Assembly: GCA_964016885.1 (NCBI GenBank)
Contig: CAXHJY010000591.1
Coordinates: 1-36,780 of the forward strand
Length of the DNA: 36,780 nucleotides
Direction: 5' to 3'
DNA from: Eledone cirrhosa
Lineage: Eukaryota
Positions 1 to 14,162 of this stretch are shown here, one piece after another (the stretch's first letter is position 1; every line of letters starts with the position of its first letter). The position numbers were made by a program, and so were the translations under genes. The notes under the pieces are model-generated. The model had not been told where the DNA came from, ran no database searches, and saw only the letters and a list, made by a program, of their open reading frames with translations.

Positions 1-2396
<2,396 letters not shown>

Positions 2397-2769
2397 TATA
2401 GACACATATTTCAATACACCAATCGAAAACAATGAAGCATAGCTTTTTTATAATAGCCTTGGATGCTATGGTGATCAACGAGGGAAACATATTTCTGGCT
2501 AAGTAGACTATTTACCGTTTAGGCCTTAGGATATTTGCCAGTTTTAATATTAGAAAGACCAAGTTTATTTAATGTTCGCATGGAAGCAGATATCTACAAT
2601 AATTTCATAAAAGAATGACTATATTTACACATATGTAATAAAATTACCAGAGAAAAGTGAAGCAGGAATAGAGACAAAAATATGCGGTGCTACCACAGAA
2701 CTTCTTGTGTAAATTCTTCAACACATAAACACCTACATGTGTCCTCACATAGACACGGATATACTATTT

Positions 2770-2808
2770 CTGTCTCTCTGCCTGCCTGCCTGCCTGCCTG
2801 TCTGTCTG

Positions 2809-2840
<32 letters not shown>

Positions 2841-3028
2841 ACAGCCCAAGACATCCTCTCTCATACATACATACATACATACATACACAAACGTGGACAT
2901 AAACACACACACAAACAAACACTCATTCAGACATTCGCATAAACTAACACACAGACAATCACACAAACAGACACTCACACAAACACAAACCCACAAACAA
3001 ACAATCACACACGCATATTATATATATA
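2770..3028. repeat. Compound (GCCT)n/(CA)n/(CATA)n simple repeats
   Basis: Direct reading. Confidence 0.9.
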
Positions 3029-3239
3029 TTTCGTTTTTGAATTTGTTTAGCAAGATTCTTTACCTGAAAACGTGTGTTGAAACCGATATTGTTATACTTT
3101 GGGAGGGTCATGTTGCCAATAAGAAACACACGCACCAGAAGCTTCACTTCAATGTATTATAAATTAAATTATAAATTAAAAAAATTATAAATTTCCGGTT
3201 GGTTGGTTGGTTCCACAACCGGACGGTTGTTCATATATT

Positions 3240-3283
3240 GTCAAATTTATTTCGTCTCACATTCTGTAACCTCATCAGTGACT
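3240..3283 (-). ncRNA. Degenerate type I hammerhead ribozyme in PLE family A 3' region
   Basis: AGUCA-CUGAUGA-GGUUACAGAAUGUGAGAC-GAAA-UAAA-UU-UGAC; the sister copy at 21540-21558 reads GAAA-GGAC-UA-UGACU and completes stem I. Confidence 0.6.
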
Positions 3284-3494
3284 GGGTATTCTTTTCTTTC
3301 TTTTGTGCCTCTACTTTTTTCTGTCCTACGCCATCTTGTTTTTGTGTGTGCTGTGTGCTTAGTTTGCGCATGTGTTACATCCGGGTGTCTGTGTGTGTTT
3401 ATATTTGTTTATTTATTTGTTTATTTACATATTACTAGTTGGTTGTTTGTTCTATGTGTGTGTGTTTTCATTTTGTCCATAATTGTAAGTCGTG

Positions 3495-3860
3495 GTGCTG
3501 CTATTCCATTCATGTTTCTATTTAATTTTGGTTGGAGTTCATTTATGCTTTTTGCCTCTGTGATTTGTCTAAACATTGCGTCTTTTCTGTGTGTAGAGTG
3601 TATTTTTATTTCTATGTTCTCTAATTTGCCCTTATGTTCTATTTTAGCATGTTAGTGTAGTATTGATGAGTCTTTTCTATCTGAGTTTTCTCGCCAGTGT
3701 TCATTGAATCGTTCTCCTATGCTACGAGCTGTCTCACCTATGTACATAATATTCTTATCTTTACATTGTCCCTCAGTATTATATTCTTATCTTTACATAG
3801 TCCCTCAGACACCTTATGCTATATACTATGTTTCTAGTTTTACACAGAAAAGACACAATG
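3495..3860 (-). pseudogene. GIY-YIG endonuclease fragment of PLE
   Basis: Manual translation CKTRNIVYSIRC...EGQCKDKNIMYIGETARSIGERFNEH...FRQITEAKSINELQPKLNR; in-frame stop and a 32-bp tandem duplication (3745-3808). Confidence 0.9.
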
Positions 3861-3981
3861 TTTCGACAACCAACCGGAAATTTATACATTTTTAATTTTA
3901 TAATTTAATTTATAATAAATTGAAGTGAACAACTGGTGCGCGTGTTTCTTATTGGCAACATGACCCTCCGAAAGTATAACA

Positions 3982-4038
<57 letters not shown>

Positions 4039-4039
4039 T

Positions 4040-4305
4040 TAATACGATTTAAAAGCGAGTAAGACCACTAATTAATATAGTGCATAATAGTTTAGATAGT
4101 AAGGAAAAAGCTTAACCGTAGGGTTGAGAATCCTTATAAAAATTACACACGGACACGATATCTATATATATATATATTTATATGGGTGGGTGGGTGTGTG
4201 TATCCCGGGTTCAATCGGGGGTAACGACAGTAAGTAATGTACTCAATACACAGCAGAGTATATTTTTTTAATATCGACATGGCTTCTACAGGACTAGAAC
4301 TGTTT
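4040..4305 (-). mobile_element. Unclassified repeat, probable 3' pLTR fragment
   Basis: Shares TAGTCCTG..AGCC..GTCGA and TACTCTGCTG/ATTGAGTAC motifs with 15318-15465; bounded by (TA)n and (GA)n. Confidence 0.4.
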
Positions 4306-4317
4306 ATATATATATAT

Positions 4318-4810
4318 ATAAATGGAAAAGATTGAAACAAAATTTCATTTCTCACTCTTAGTACGGTTGATACCTAAATATAAGTATGTATACGTACATA
4401 CATATATGTGTACAGACGTACAGTAGTATGTATATATATACATACATGCACACATCATATATATATATATATATATATGTACGCATGGGTTTACCGAACA
4501 TTTATTATAATGTTCGGTTTGTTTGTAAACAAACAGCCCGAATTATGCCGTACAGTGTTCGGCAACCATCGTCGCCCTTTTGTTCAACACTGACACAAGA
4601 ACGATGTACTAGTTTCAAGCTTATTAGCTATCGTCAGCATTGTATACCTTCCTGCCAGATGATTGAACGTCTGAAAGTATATACTTTCCTTATGCATATT
4701 AACAGCTGAGCAGCCTAATTTGGATATCGAGTGAGTTAGTCGCCCGGGCAAACAGAAAACGATAAATGGAAAAGAATGAAACGTTTGCCCGGTCGACTAA
4801 CTCCCTCGGG
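4318..4810 (-). mobile_element. Non-coding HHR-bearing element (retrozyme-like / non-autonomous PLE), copy 1
   Basis: Homologous to 27347-27811 (inverted) and 22296-22567; ~21-bp terminal direct repeat (4318-4338 / 4762-4782); contains HHR. Confidence 0.85.
4602..4642 (-). ncRNA. Type I hammerhead ribozyme
   Basis: CAAUG-CUGACGA-UAGCU AAUA AGCUU-GAAA-CUAG-UA-CAUCG: intact core, palindromic stem III ACUAGU, GUA cleavage triplet. Confidence 0.85.
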
Positions 4811-4875
4811 TAGAATGCTTCGAATCTATTATAATAAATACATTTGTTGAATTAACAGCAAATTAAATATCTCTT

Positions 4876-4883
4876 CACATATA

Positions 4884-4937
<54 letters not shown>

Positions 4938-4994
4938 ATATTATATATATATATATATATTATATATATATATATATTATATATATATATATAT

Positions 4995-5028
<34 letters not shown>

Positions 5029-5034
5029 ATAATA
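4876..5034. repeat. (TG)n/(TA)n microsatellite
   Basis: Direct reading. Confidence 0.95.
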
Positions 5035-5068
5035 TAAGATCAAAAGATGTTTAAAAGAGATCCATATA

Positions 5069-5136
5069 TCTTATTATGCGCATTTCAAAAACAAATATCA
5101 TCATGAGAATGACATTTGCCTTTTCGTCAGATAAAA
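5069..5136 (-). ncRNA. Type I hammerhead ribozyme with 15-bp stem II
   Basis: UUUUAU-CUGACGA-AAAGGCAAAUGUCAU(UCUCAUG)AUGAUAUUUGUUUUU-GAAA-UGCGCA-UA-AUAAGA; all stems pair. Confidence 0.85.
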
Positions 5137-5139
5137 TAG

Positions 5140-6143
5140 GATACATGATATGAAGGTTAAAAAACACTTGTGAATAGTGAAGTTTTAAATCAACATATGA
5201 AAAGTAATTTAAGATTGATGTGTGATATTGGGAAAAAAATGAAGGGAGTGGGTGGAAAGGATGAAAAAGAGGAGGATATTAGAGTAAAGAATGGTGGGGG
5301 AGGAGTGTAATAAGGAAGGATGAGATAGGAGGAGAGATGGGTGATAGAAAGAGAGAGATAGCCTTTATAACTGAGAAGAAATATATATTGTTTCACAGAG
5401 ATAGGTTAAAAAGCCGTTGGAAGATAATATATAATTTAAAAGAATTTGAAAATCGATGAAGAGAAAAAATTAAGAATAATATTAAATTAAGGTTTGTATA
5501 TTGAAGTGTTTAATAATATGTGCGATGGGAAGAAATTGTTAAAATAAAAATATTAATGTTATTAAGGATATAAGGTGAAAGGAAGTAGAAGAGTGGATGA
5601 ATTATGAATTTAGAGGAATTAGTTATTGTTTAAGTTTGTTTTAATGTAATGTAATATGTATGTGTAATATATGTAAATATTTTGTTTACAAATGAGCGCA
5701 GAAAGCAAAGAAGAGAATAGTGTTTAAGGAAGAGAAGACTTTAACATCAACATATATATGTTTATGAAGTAATTTCTAATGGTAATAGTATAATGTAATA
5801 AAGGAGATTAGTTAGGGTTTAAGTTTGTGTTTATGTATTGTGATATGTAGTATGTAAAAGTCAGACGAGCATGAAAGGGAGAAAAATATAATGAACTGAG
5901 GAGGAATAATCTAACGTCAAAAAATGTTTATGTTTACGAAGGATTTTTAAATGTAATGCTATAAAGTATTTAAAAGGTAATAATAAAATGTTATGGCCAA
6001 TGGTATGAAGAAAGATGGAAGAGTGGATATGTTGTGGTGAGTAATAATGAGAATTGAGAAGTATTTAGGAAGAAAAAGTACAGATTAGATGTTAGAAATT
6101 AAAAGAAAAGAGGAAGAAAGGAAATTGATAAATAGGAATGATA
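5140..6143. repeat. Strand-biased A/G-rich low-complexity segment with diverged ~190-bp tandem duplication (5617-5965)
   Basis: Very few C on the + strand; TTAGTTA..GTTTAAGTTTGT recurs at ~5618 and ~5808. Confidence 0.55.
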
Positions 6144-6199
6144 TGTGTGTGTTGTTATTGTGCTTATGTATGTATTTATTTATATATTTATATTTCTCT

Positions 6200-7992
6200 T
6201 AGATCAGTATTGTTTTGTGTGGGTGTTGTTATTCCATTCATTTTTTCTGTTTAGCTTTGGCCTTCTAAGTTCTATTTCACTGGCCTCTCTGATTTGCCTA
6301 TCTGCTGGGTCATTTCTATGTTTAGATAATATTTTAATTTCTATGTTGTCTATGTTACCATCGTGTTGTTGTCTGGCGTGTTCGTATAGTACTGAACCGT
6401 TGTTTCGTCCATTTAGCCCCCCCCCCCCAATGTTGGTCTATCCTTTCACCTATGCTTCGAGCTGTCTCGTCTATGTATGTTGTTGTCATGTTTGTGCAGG
6501 TACCCTCTGTACATCTTATGCTACAGACTATGTTTCTAGTTTTACAGTTTATCCGGGGGTTTACTGTACATATAATACTTTTCCTATTAGTAAAATGGGG
6601 TTTTTTTTAATGGTATGTTTTGCTGATAAGGGATTTTGTGGAGGTTCCTGGCTTTTCTACCACCTTAATCTATATCTGTAAGTGGGTCTTTCTCAGGGCC
6701 TTTGTACACTGGTTAGATAATTTCCCTCCAGGGGTAGAGTCCACGAACATGACACACTGGTATCTCTGGTTGTCGTACCATGAGGTGGCTTTCCCTATCT
6801 TATGTCTAGCCCTATCTAAGCTCTTCTATGATTTGCTCCTGTATAATGGGCAAATTCCTTTCATGTCCAGTTCTATGAGGGTCTTATACTTCTCCATGGC
6901 TCCTTCGTATACTCTGATTCTGTCTGTTTGGTTGTAGCCAGAGAACTGCATGCGGTTGATGAAGTGTTCGATGTGTCTTTCCATTTCTGTTGGGTCGCAC
7001 ATGCGGGACACGTTCTTCATTACTCGTATGAAGTCTGCGATCAGAATATAAAATGTAGCACTACTGCACATTGCTGAGTTTTTGAGTATCTGGTATTTGG
7101 AGGCCATGGGTTTAGCGTAGTGTGAGTGGAGAATTTGGGCTCTCTCGTCTATTGTGTTAATCCAGAGTTCCGTGTCTAATACAGGTAGTCTATTGTTAGG
7201 GTGTTTGGAAGGGTAGTCGATAGTTAGTTATACTCTGGTGAATGGAATTAGCTATCTGCTGGATGCTTTCCATTGTGCTACATTCTAAATCATACTTGTT
7301 AGTACTCTCTTGTGGGGGATGTCCTTATTTCTATATTGATGTCGTCTACGTAACGAGAGTACATGATGAGGTCTATGGAGCTCTCATCAAGGAGATCTTT
7401 GAGTCTCCTTTCCCACCATACCATAAAACGGTTGGCAACGTCACCAGCTATGCTGACGCCAATGGCTGCTCCCTCACTTTGGGTGTAGATCTTCTCGTTG
7501 AATTTTAATATGTGGCCCTTTAGGGTAGTTATAATACTAAACCCTATTGCATGTACGACCATTTTTCTTACCTGATCATTGTTTTAGGGTGTCCGTATGG
7601 CTTTGGTCCACCCATCCCATGCGAGTCTTTTTTGTCATTGAGGTTATGGTGGGGGGGTCTACCTCTTATGGGTCTACTGGGGCAGAAACGTGTAAGGTCA
7701 TGGCTGTCTAGGTAGTCAGTGTCATAGGTAAGTCTAAGTAGGAGGCCCAGTTCATCTGTGTCGACGTCGCAGAACTCAACTTCACTCTCACTGATCATCT
7801 CTACACATTTTTCCACAGCAAAATCAATGTTAATGGATGGGTATAGTGATATCACGCCCATACTGCATACTATGCAGCTGGATAGGTTTTGTTTTTGTTG
7901 CACTCACTCAATCTGTTGAGAAGGTCCTCCATACTGTCACATACATCTGGGGACATCTTGATTATGGGGCGTATAACCATTGACAGGAAGTG
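6200..7992 (-). pseudogene. Penelope-like RT + C-terminal GIY-YIG, decayed and 5'-truncated
   Basis: SMGVISLYPS (motif A), QSEGAAIGVSIAGDVANRFM (B'), SRYVDD (C), LPVLD, HYAKPMAS, CKTRNIV..C...YIDETARSIGER, RQIREA..PKLNRK; multiple stops and frameshifts. Confidence 0.93.
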
Positions 7993-8093
7993 TGTTTTGT
8001 TATTAATTCTGGCAATATTATTACAACATGATCCTCCCTAGTATAACAATATTTGTTTCGACACACGATTTCATATCAAAAACCTCGCAAAAC
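7990..8093 (+). mobile_element. Inverted 3'-terminal PLE segment at the 5' truncation point
   Basis: CAACATGATCCTCCCTAGTATAACAATATTTGTTTCGACACACGATTTCA resembles the reverse complement of 3064-3116. Confidence 0.75.
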
Positions 8094-9910
8094 TATATAT
8101 ATATAAACATATCTATACATATATATAAACATATCTATAAACATATCTATAAACATATCTATAAACATATCTATAAACATATCTATAAACATATCTATAA
8201 ACACATCTATAAACACATCTATAAACACATCTATAAACACATCTATAAACACATCTATAAACATATATATAAACATATATAAACATATATATAAACATAT
8301 ATATAAACATATATATAAACATATATATAAACATATATATAAACATATATATAAACATACATATATATAAACATATATATATATAAACATATATATATAT
8401 AAACATATATATATATATAAACATAGATATATAAATATAAACATATATATAAACATATATATATAAATATAAACATATATATAAACATATATATATATAT
8501 AAACATATATATATATAAACATATAAACATATATATATTTATATATATAAACATATATATATAAACATATATATGTATATATAAACATATATATATAAAC
8601 ATATATATGTATATATAAACATATATATATAAACATATATATATATATATATATAAACATATATATATATATATATATAAACATATATATATATATAAAC
8701 ATATATATATATATAAACATATATATATATATATATAAACATATATATATATATATATATAAACATATATATATATATAAACATATATATAAACATATAT
8801 ATATAAACATATATAAACATATATATATAAACATATATAAACATATATATATAAACATATATATATAAACATATATATATATATATAAACATATATATAT
8901 ATATATAAACATATATATATAAACATATATATATAAACATATATATATATATAAACATATATAAACATATATATATAAACATATATATATAAACATATAT
9001 ATATAAACATATATATATAAACATATATATATAAACATATATATATATATATAAACATATATATATATATATAAACATATATATATATATATATAAACAT
9101 ATATATATATATAAACATATATATATATAAACATATATATATATAAACATATATATATATATATAAACATATATATATATATATAAACATATATATATAT
9201 ATATAAACATATATATATATATATAAACATATATAAACATATATATATATATATAAACATATATATATATATATAAACATATATATATATATAAACATAT
9301 ATATATATATAAACATATATATATATATAAACATATATATATATATAAACATATATATATATATAAACATATATATATATATAAACATATATATATATAA
9401 ACATATATATAAACATATATAAACATATATATATATATAAACATATATATATATAAACATATATATAAACATATATATAAACATATATATAAACATATAT
9501 ATATATATAAACATATATATATATATAAACATATATATATAAACATATATATATATATAAACATATATATATATATAAACATATATATATATATATATAT
9601 AAACATATATATATATATAAACATATATATATATATAAACATATATATATATATAAACATATATATATATATATAAACATATATATATATATATAAACAT
9701 ATATATATATATATAAACATATATATACAAACATATCTATACATATATATAAACATATATATAAACATATACATATATATATATATAAACATATATATAA
9801 ACATATACATAAACATATATATATATATATTACCATATATATATATATAAACATATATAAACATATATATATATAAACATATATATAAACGTATATATAT
9901 ACATACATAT
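8094..9910. repeat. Interrupted (TA)n array, AAAC variant (12-bp AAACATATCTAT units at the left end)
   Basis: Direct reading. Confidence 0.97.
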
Positions 9911-10497
9911 ACGACAGTTGGTCCTTTTGTCCAGGTTTATACTCCGCAATATCAATAGCCACAATACAGCGGAAACGAAAATGTTTATATTGCAAAGTAA
10001 ACTATATAATGAGATATTTATAAATATGGTTATTGCAATAATATGATATGGTATATAAATATATACACCAATGTCCTTGTGAGGTGTCGAGGAGCGTGAG
10101 AGGCAAGGTATATTAAAACCCAGTGTATTATTAGCGTTAGTTTGTTGGTGTAGATGTTGTACAAAATGTTGGCTCTAGAAGAGTGGACGGCATTTCTGTT
10201 TCCGTTGTAACGTGGGACTATATCTTTGACGTTCGCTGTATGTTAACCAGCGTATATATATATATATTTATATATATGGGGTAACAGATTATTGTTATAG
10301 GTAGTCCAATTAAGTGTAGTCCAGTTATGGTACTCCGAGTAGTGGATGATATCAACGCTTGGCTAAGTTTGACTCAACAAGGCGTTTCTATAATGATGCT
10401 GCGAGTACGCTGTAATTCCTATGTTGTAAGCACTTGGAGTAAGGATAAATCAGGAAAGAAGAGTGACACGGTTTGCTATACAAAAAACGTTTTTAAT

Positions 10498-10616
10498 CTC
10501 ATTGCTGACAATTGTTTCTCTGAACTGGTAGGTCTAGAGATCGCTACCCGCTTGTTTTCACATCATTCGATCACCAATACATAGCTGTAAACAGTCAATT
10601 CATCAGAGCTTGTGAG
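10498..10616 (-). ncRNA. Type I hammerhead ribozyme with long stem II insertion
   Basis: CUCA CAA GCU-CUGAUGA-(~80 nt, UUGACUG...CAGUUCAG)-GAAA-CAAUUG-UC-AGC AA UGAG; palindromic stem III, GUC triplet. Confidence 0.65.
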
Positions 10617-10767
10617 AATGAAAGGAATATACAGTATGGCTACTATATATAGTAGTAGGGGCATTCAATTAGAACAATAATGACAAAAAATCTAAGAATG
10701 TTTAAAATACGAAATCTCGAGACACGCCCAATTAGAGTTAATGTAATTGATTATATTTATTTTAATT

Positions 10768-11500
10768 GGTGGTGGTGGTGGTGTTGGTAGTGAGGAGTGG
10801 TGACAGTGGTGGTGGTTGTGTGGTGGTGGTGGTTGTGTGGTGGTGGAGTGGTGAGGGTGGTGGTGGTTGTGTGGTGGTGGAGTGGTGGGAATGGGGAGGG
10901 TCGTGATGGTGATGTGTGTGTGGGGGTGGGGGGTAGTGAGGTGGTGGAGTGGTGAGATTGGTGGTGGTTGTGTGGTGATGGTTGTGTGGTGGTGGAGTGG
11001 TGGAAGGAGGGGGGAGGGGTAGTGAGGAGTGGTGAGAGTGGTGGTGGTTGTGTGATGGTGGAGTGGTGAGGGTGGTGGAGTTGTGAGGTGGTGGTGGTTG
11101 TGTGGTGGTGTAGTGGTGGTGGTGTGGTGGTGTAGTGGTGGGAGGGTTTTGATGTTGGTGGTGTGTTGAGGGTGGTGGCTATGTGGGGGTGGGGAGTGGT
11201 GTGGGTGGTGGGATAGTGGGGAGTGGGGAGGGTCGTGGTGGAGTAGAGGGGATCGGTGAGGGCGGTGGTGGGTGTGTGATGGTGGAGTAGAGGGGTGTGG
11301 TGAGGGTGGCGGCGGTTTTGTGGTGGCGGTTTTGTGATGGTCGGCTAGTGAGTGTTGAGTGAGGGTGGAGGACTGGTGACGATGGTGGTGGTTTTATAAT
11401 AGTGGGGAAGAGGGTAGTGGTGTTAGTTAAGTGTGGAGGATTGGTTGTGGTGATGGTGGTGGTGGTGGTGGTGATGGTTGTCGTGGTGGTCGTGGTGATG
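10768..11500. repeat. (GGT)n-derived G-rich low-complexity tract
   Basis: Direct reading. Confidence 0.9.
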
Positions 11501-11820
11501 TCGATGATTTTGATGATCTATTTGACCTCAGTGATGATGACAATAATGATTATGATGATGATGATGGCAGTGATGATGATGATGATGATGATGGCAGTGA
11601 TGATGAAGGAGATGAAAGTGGGACTAACACTTAATATGTACGATGACAATGATGACGCTGAGAGTCATGATGCTGAATATGATGTTGACGATGGTGATGA
11701 TGGTGATGACAGTGATAATAATGATGGTGATGATGATGATGACGACAATGATGATGATGATGACGACAATGATGATGATGATGATGACGACAATGATGAT
11801 GATGATGAAGGAGATGAATG
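11500..11820. repeat. (GAT)n/(GAC)n trinucleotide repeat
   Basis: Direct reading. Confidence 0.9.
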
Positions 11821-11930
11821 TGGGGGACACAGTTAACACACGTATGTTCTGTTGAGGTAAATACCCACAAGGAACGCCAGGAAGGATGATATCCAATTAA
11901 TCATTTACTTCTAATTAGGTGGAATATTTT

Positions 11931-12240
11931 ATAGTAGTAGTAGTAGTAGTGGTGGTGGCAGTGGTAGTGCTGATGGTAGTCGTAGTAGTTGTGGTAATGG
12001 TGGTGCTGATGGTAGTGGTAGTGGTGTTGGTGGTGGTATTAGTAGTAGTAGTGGTGGTTGTGGTGGTAGTAGTGTTAGTAGTAGTAGTATTGGTGATAGT
12101 AGTGGTACTGTTGGTGGTGGTAGTAATGGTAGTAGTAGTAGTGTTGGTGGTGGTAGTAGTATTGGTGGTGGTAGTAGTGGTGGTGGTAGTAGTATTAGTA
12201 GTACCAGTAGTAGTAGTGGTGGTGGTGTTGGTAGTAGTAT

Positions 12241-12283
<43 letters not shown>

Positions 12284-12445
12284 GGCGGTGGTAGTAGTGG
12301 TGGTGGTAGTAGTGGTAGTAGTATTAGTAGTACTAGTAGTAGTACTAGTAGTAATACTAGTAGTAGTACTAGTAGTAGTACTAGTAGTAGTACTACTTGT
12401 AGTAGCAGTAGTAGTAGTAGCAGCAGCAGCTGGTGATGGCGGTGT
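11931..12445. repeat. (GTA)n/(GTG)n trinucleotide repeat
   Basis: Direct reading. Confidence 0.93.
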
Positions 12446-12865
12446 ATATATTCGTATCTATGTATATGTCTGTATTCCATTAAATATTTCTTTCTCGTCT
12501 CTGCGTTCTAAGATCCACGTTTCGGTGGGCTTATTTTCATCTTTTCCCGTACAATAAACATTGATAGAAAGAACCATTTGGATGGTTTCTTGGATGTTCC
12601 TCTGTATTTCTTGTTAAATCTCTATACATTCCTGTTGTTCTTTAAGAATGCCAATTAGATTTATTATATTTGGTTACTTAAGCAAATAGAAACCCATACC
12701 TTTTTATGACAATGGCAAGATATGCATAAAACATGAGACGTATGTAGGTTTCAGACACATGTCCTCTCTCTCTCTCACACACACACACGGAAACATAAAC
12801 ACACACACAACGGCGCTTCATCTCAGGGAAAATACTGCATGACTATGCTAGTACACACACATGCG

Positions 12866-12904
<39 letters not shown>

Positions 12905-12974
12905 GTAGTGGTAGAGCACTCAGTCCACGGGACGAGTTAGGTAGAAGTGGTAACACAACAGTTAGTTCACCATA

Positions 12975-13014
12975 CCGAGAACAATTGTTTCACCATAGCG
13001 GATCCTCAGCTCGG
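12975..13014 (-). ncRNA. Type I minimal hammerhead ribozyme
   Basis: CCGAG-CUGAGGA-UCCGCUAUGGU-GAAA-CAAUUG-UU-CUCGG. Confidence 0.8.
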
Positions 13015-13422
13015 AATGAGCATGGTTATAGGAACAGAAAGGACAACCGTACGAACGCGCATGCGCAGAAACCCGTTCAGTTCACACAGGCAATACTAGA
13101 ATGCTTGCGACAGTGTAAGGGAGATAACTGCGAAAATCCGAAAAGTTTTTAGTTGAAAAAAATTTACAAAGAATAAGTTCAGATCTTTGTAGTTATGCAA
13201 TTGGTGTTTAGCGACGTGTAGACAACGTGTGAAAAATTCATTTCTCGCGTTTAGGCAATCACTATTGCATAATCTCTTTAGAATAGTTATTCGTTCGTCA
13301 ATACATAAGCCACACGTCGGATTTCCCCTTGCGTATGGCTTGGACTTAGTGATAGCTTTCCATTGAATGGAGTAGTCTATAATTGAGTCCTTGAGGGATC
13401 ATACGTGGCTGGCGACTTTCGT

Positions 13423-13961
13423 AACAAGACACAAAGTTAAACTAGGATACACCTGCGCTAAGATCATGAAGGGCCACATCACCAGCAGCCCTAGGAGCAC
13501 CACCCCACCAGGGTGCTCGTGCCGTAAGCCTGAAGCATGCCCCCTTCAACAGCAATGCAACACACCAGCTCTAATTTATGAAGCTGTGGTCACTTCCAAC
13601 CGACCAAACGAACCACAGGACGTCAAATCCTATGTTGGCATGGCGGAGGGCCTATTTAAGGAACGTTTCCTGGACCACCAGTCTACCTTCAGGTACTCGG
13701 ACAGACGTTCATCCACGAAACTCGCCAGACACGTATGGTCCCTCAAGGACTCATGTATAGACTACTCCATTCAATGAAAAGCCATCACTAAGTCCAAGCC
13801 ATACGCAAGGGGAAATCCGACGTGTGGCTTATGTACTGACGAAGAATAACTATTCTAAAGAGATTACGCAATAGTGCTTCCCTAATCACGTGAAATGAAT
13901 TTTTCACACGTTGTCCACACGTCGCCAAACACCTATTGTATAACTACAAGGCTCCGGACTG
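13423..13961 (+). pseudogene. GIY-YIG endonuclease with CxCx5C linker
   Basis: CSCRKPEACPL..C...LIYEAVV...SYVGMAEGLFKERFLDHQSTF...TKLARHVWSLK...CGLC..NEFFTRCPH; stop at 13775 and a frameshift downstream. Confidence 0.9.
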
Positions 13962-14122
13962 ATTCTTTGTAATTTCTTTTCATCTAAAAACTTTTCGGAC
14001 TTTCGCAGGTATCTCCCTTACACCTCTCGCACGCATTCTAGTATTGCCTGTGTGAAGTGACCGGCTTTCTGCATATGCGCGTTCGTACGGTTGTCCTTTC
14101 TGTTCCTATAACCATGCCCATT

Positions 14123-14162
14123 CCGAGCTGCGGATCCACTAATGTGAGACAATTGTTCTCGG
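14123..14162 (+). ncRNA. Mutated hammerhead ribozyme (sister of 12975-13014)
   Basis: CCGAG-CUGCGGA-...-GAGA-CAAUUG-UU-CUCGG; two core substitutions. Confidence 0.65.

Larger units (their letters stand above)
3029..3984 (-). mobile_element. 5'-truncated Penelope-like element (family A): GIY-YIG remnant, 3' UTR/pLTR and inverted terminal copy
   Basis: Minus-strand GIY-YIG peptide; 3087-3204 is repeated inverted at 3867-3984; both ends abut (TA)n. Confidence 0.9.

Noticed and set aside
3064-3090. CTGAAAA...GAAAC hammerhead-like motif on + (also at 21351 and 15332)
   Set aside because: Lacks CUGANGA and pairing stems; at 3064 and 21351 it is antisense to the element.
3029-3500. SECIS element or selenoprotein PLE (Naiad-type)
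   Set aside because: No AUGA-AA-GA spacing fitting a SECIS; EN is C-terminal; stops are mixed types consistent with decay.
11402-12557. Asp-, His-, Met- and Val-rich ORFs
   Set aside because: Trinucleotide repeats open in multiple frames; no domain or splice support.
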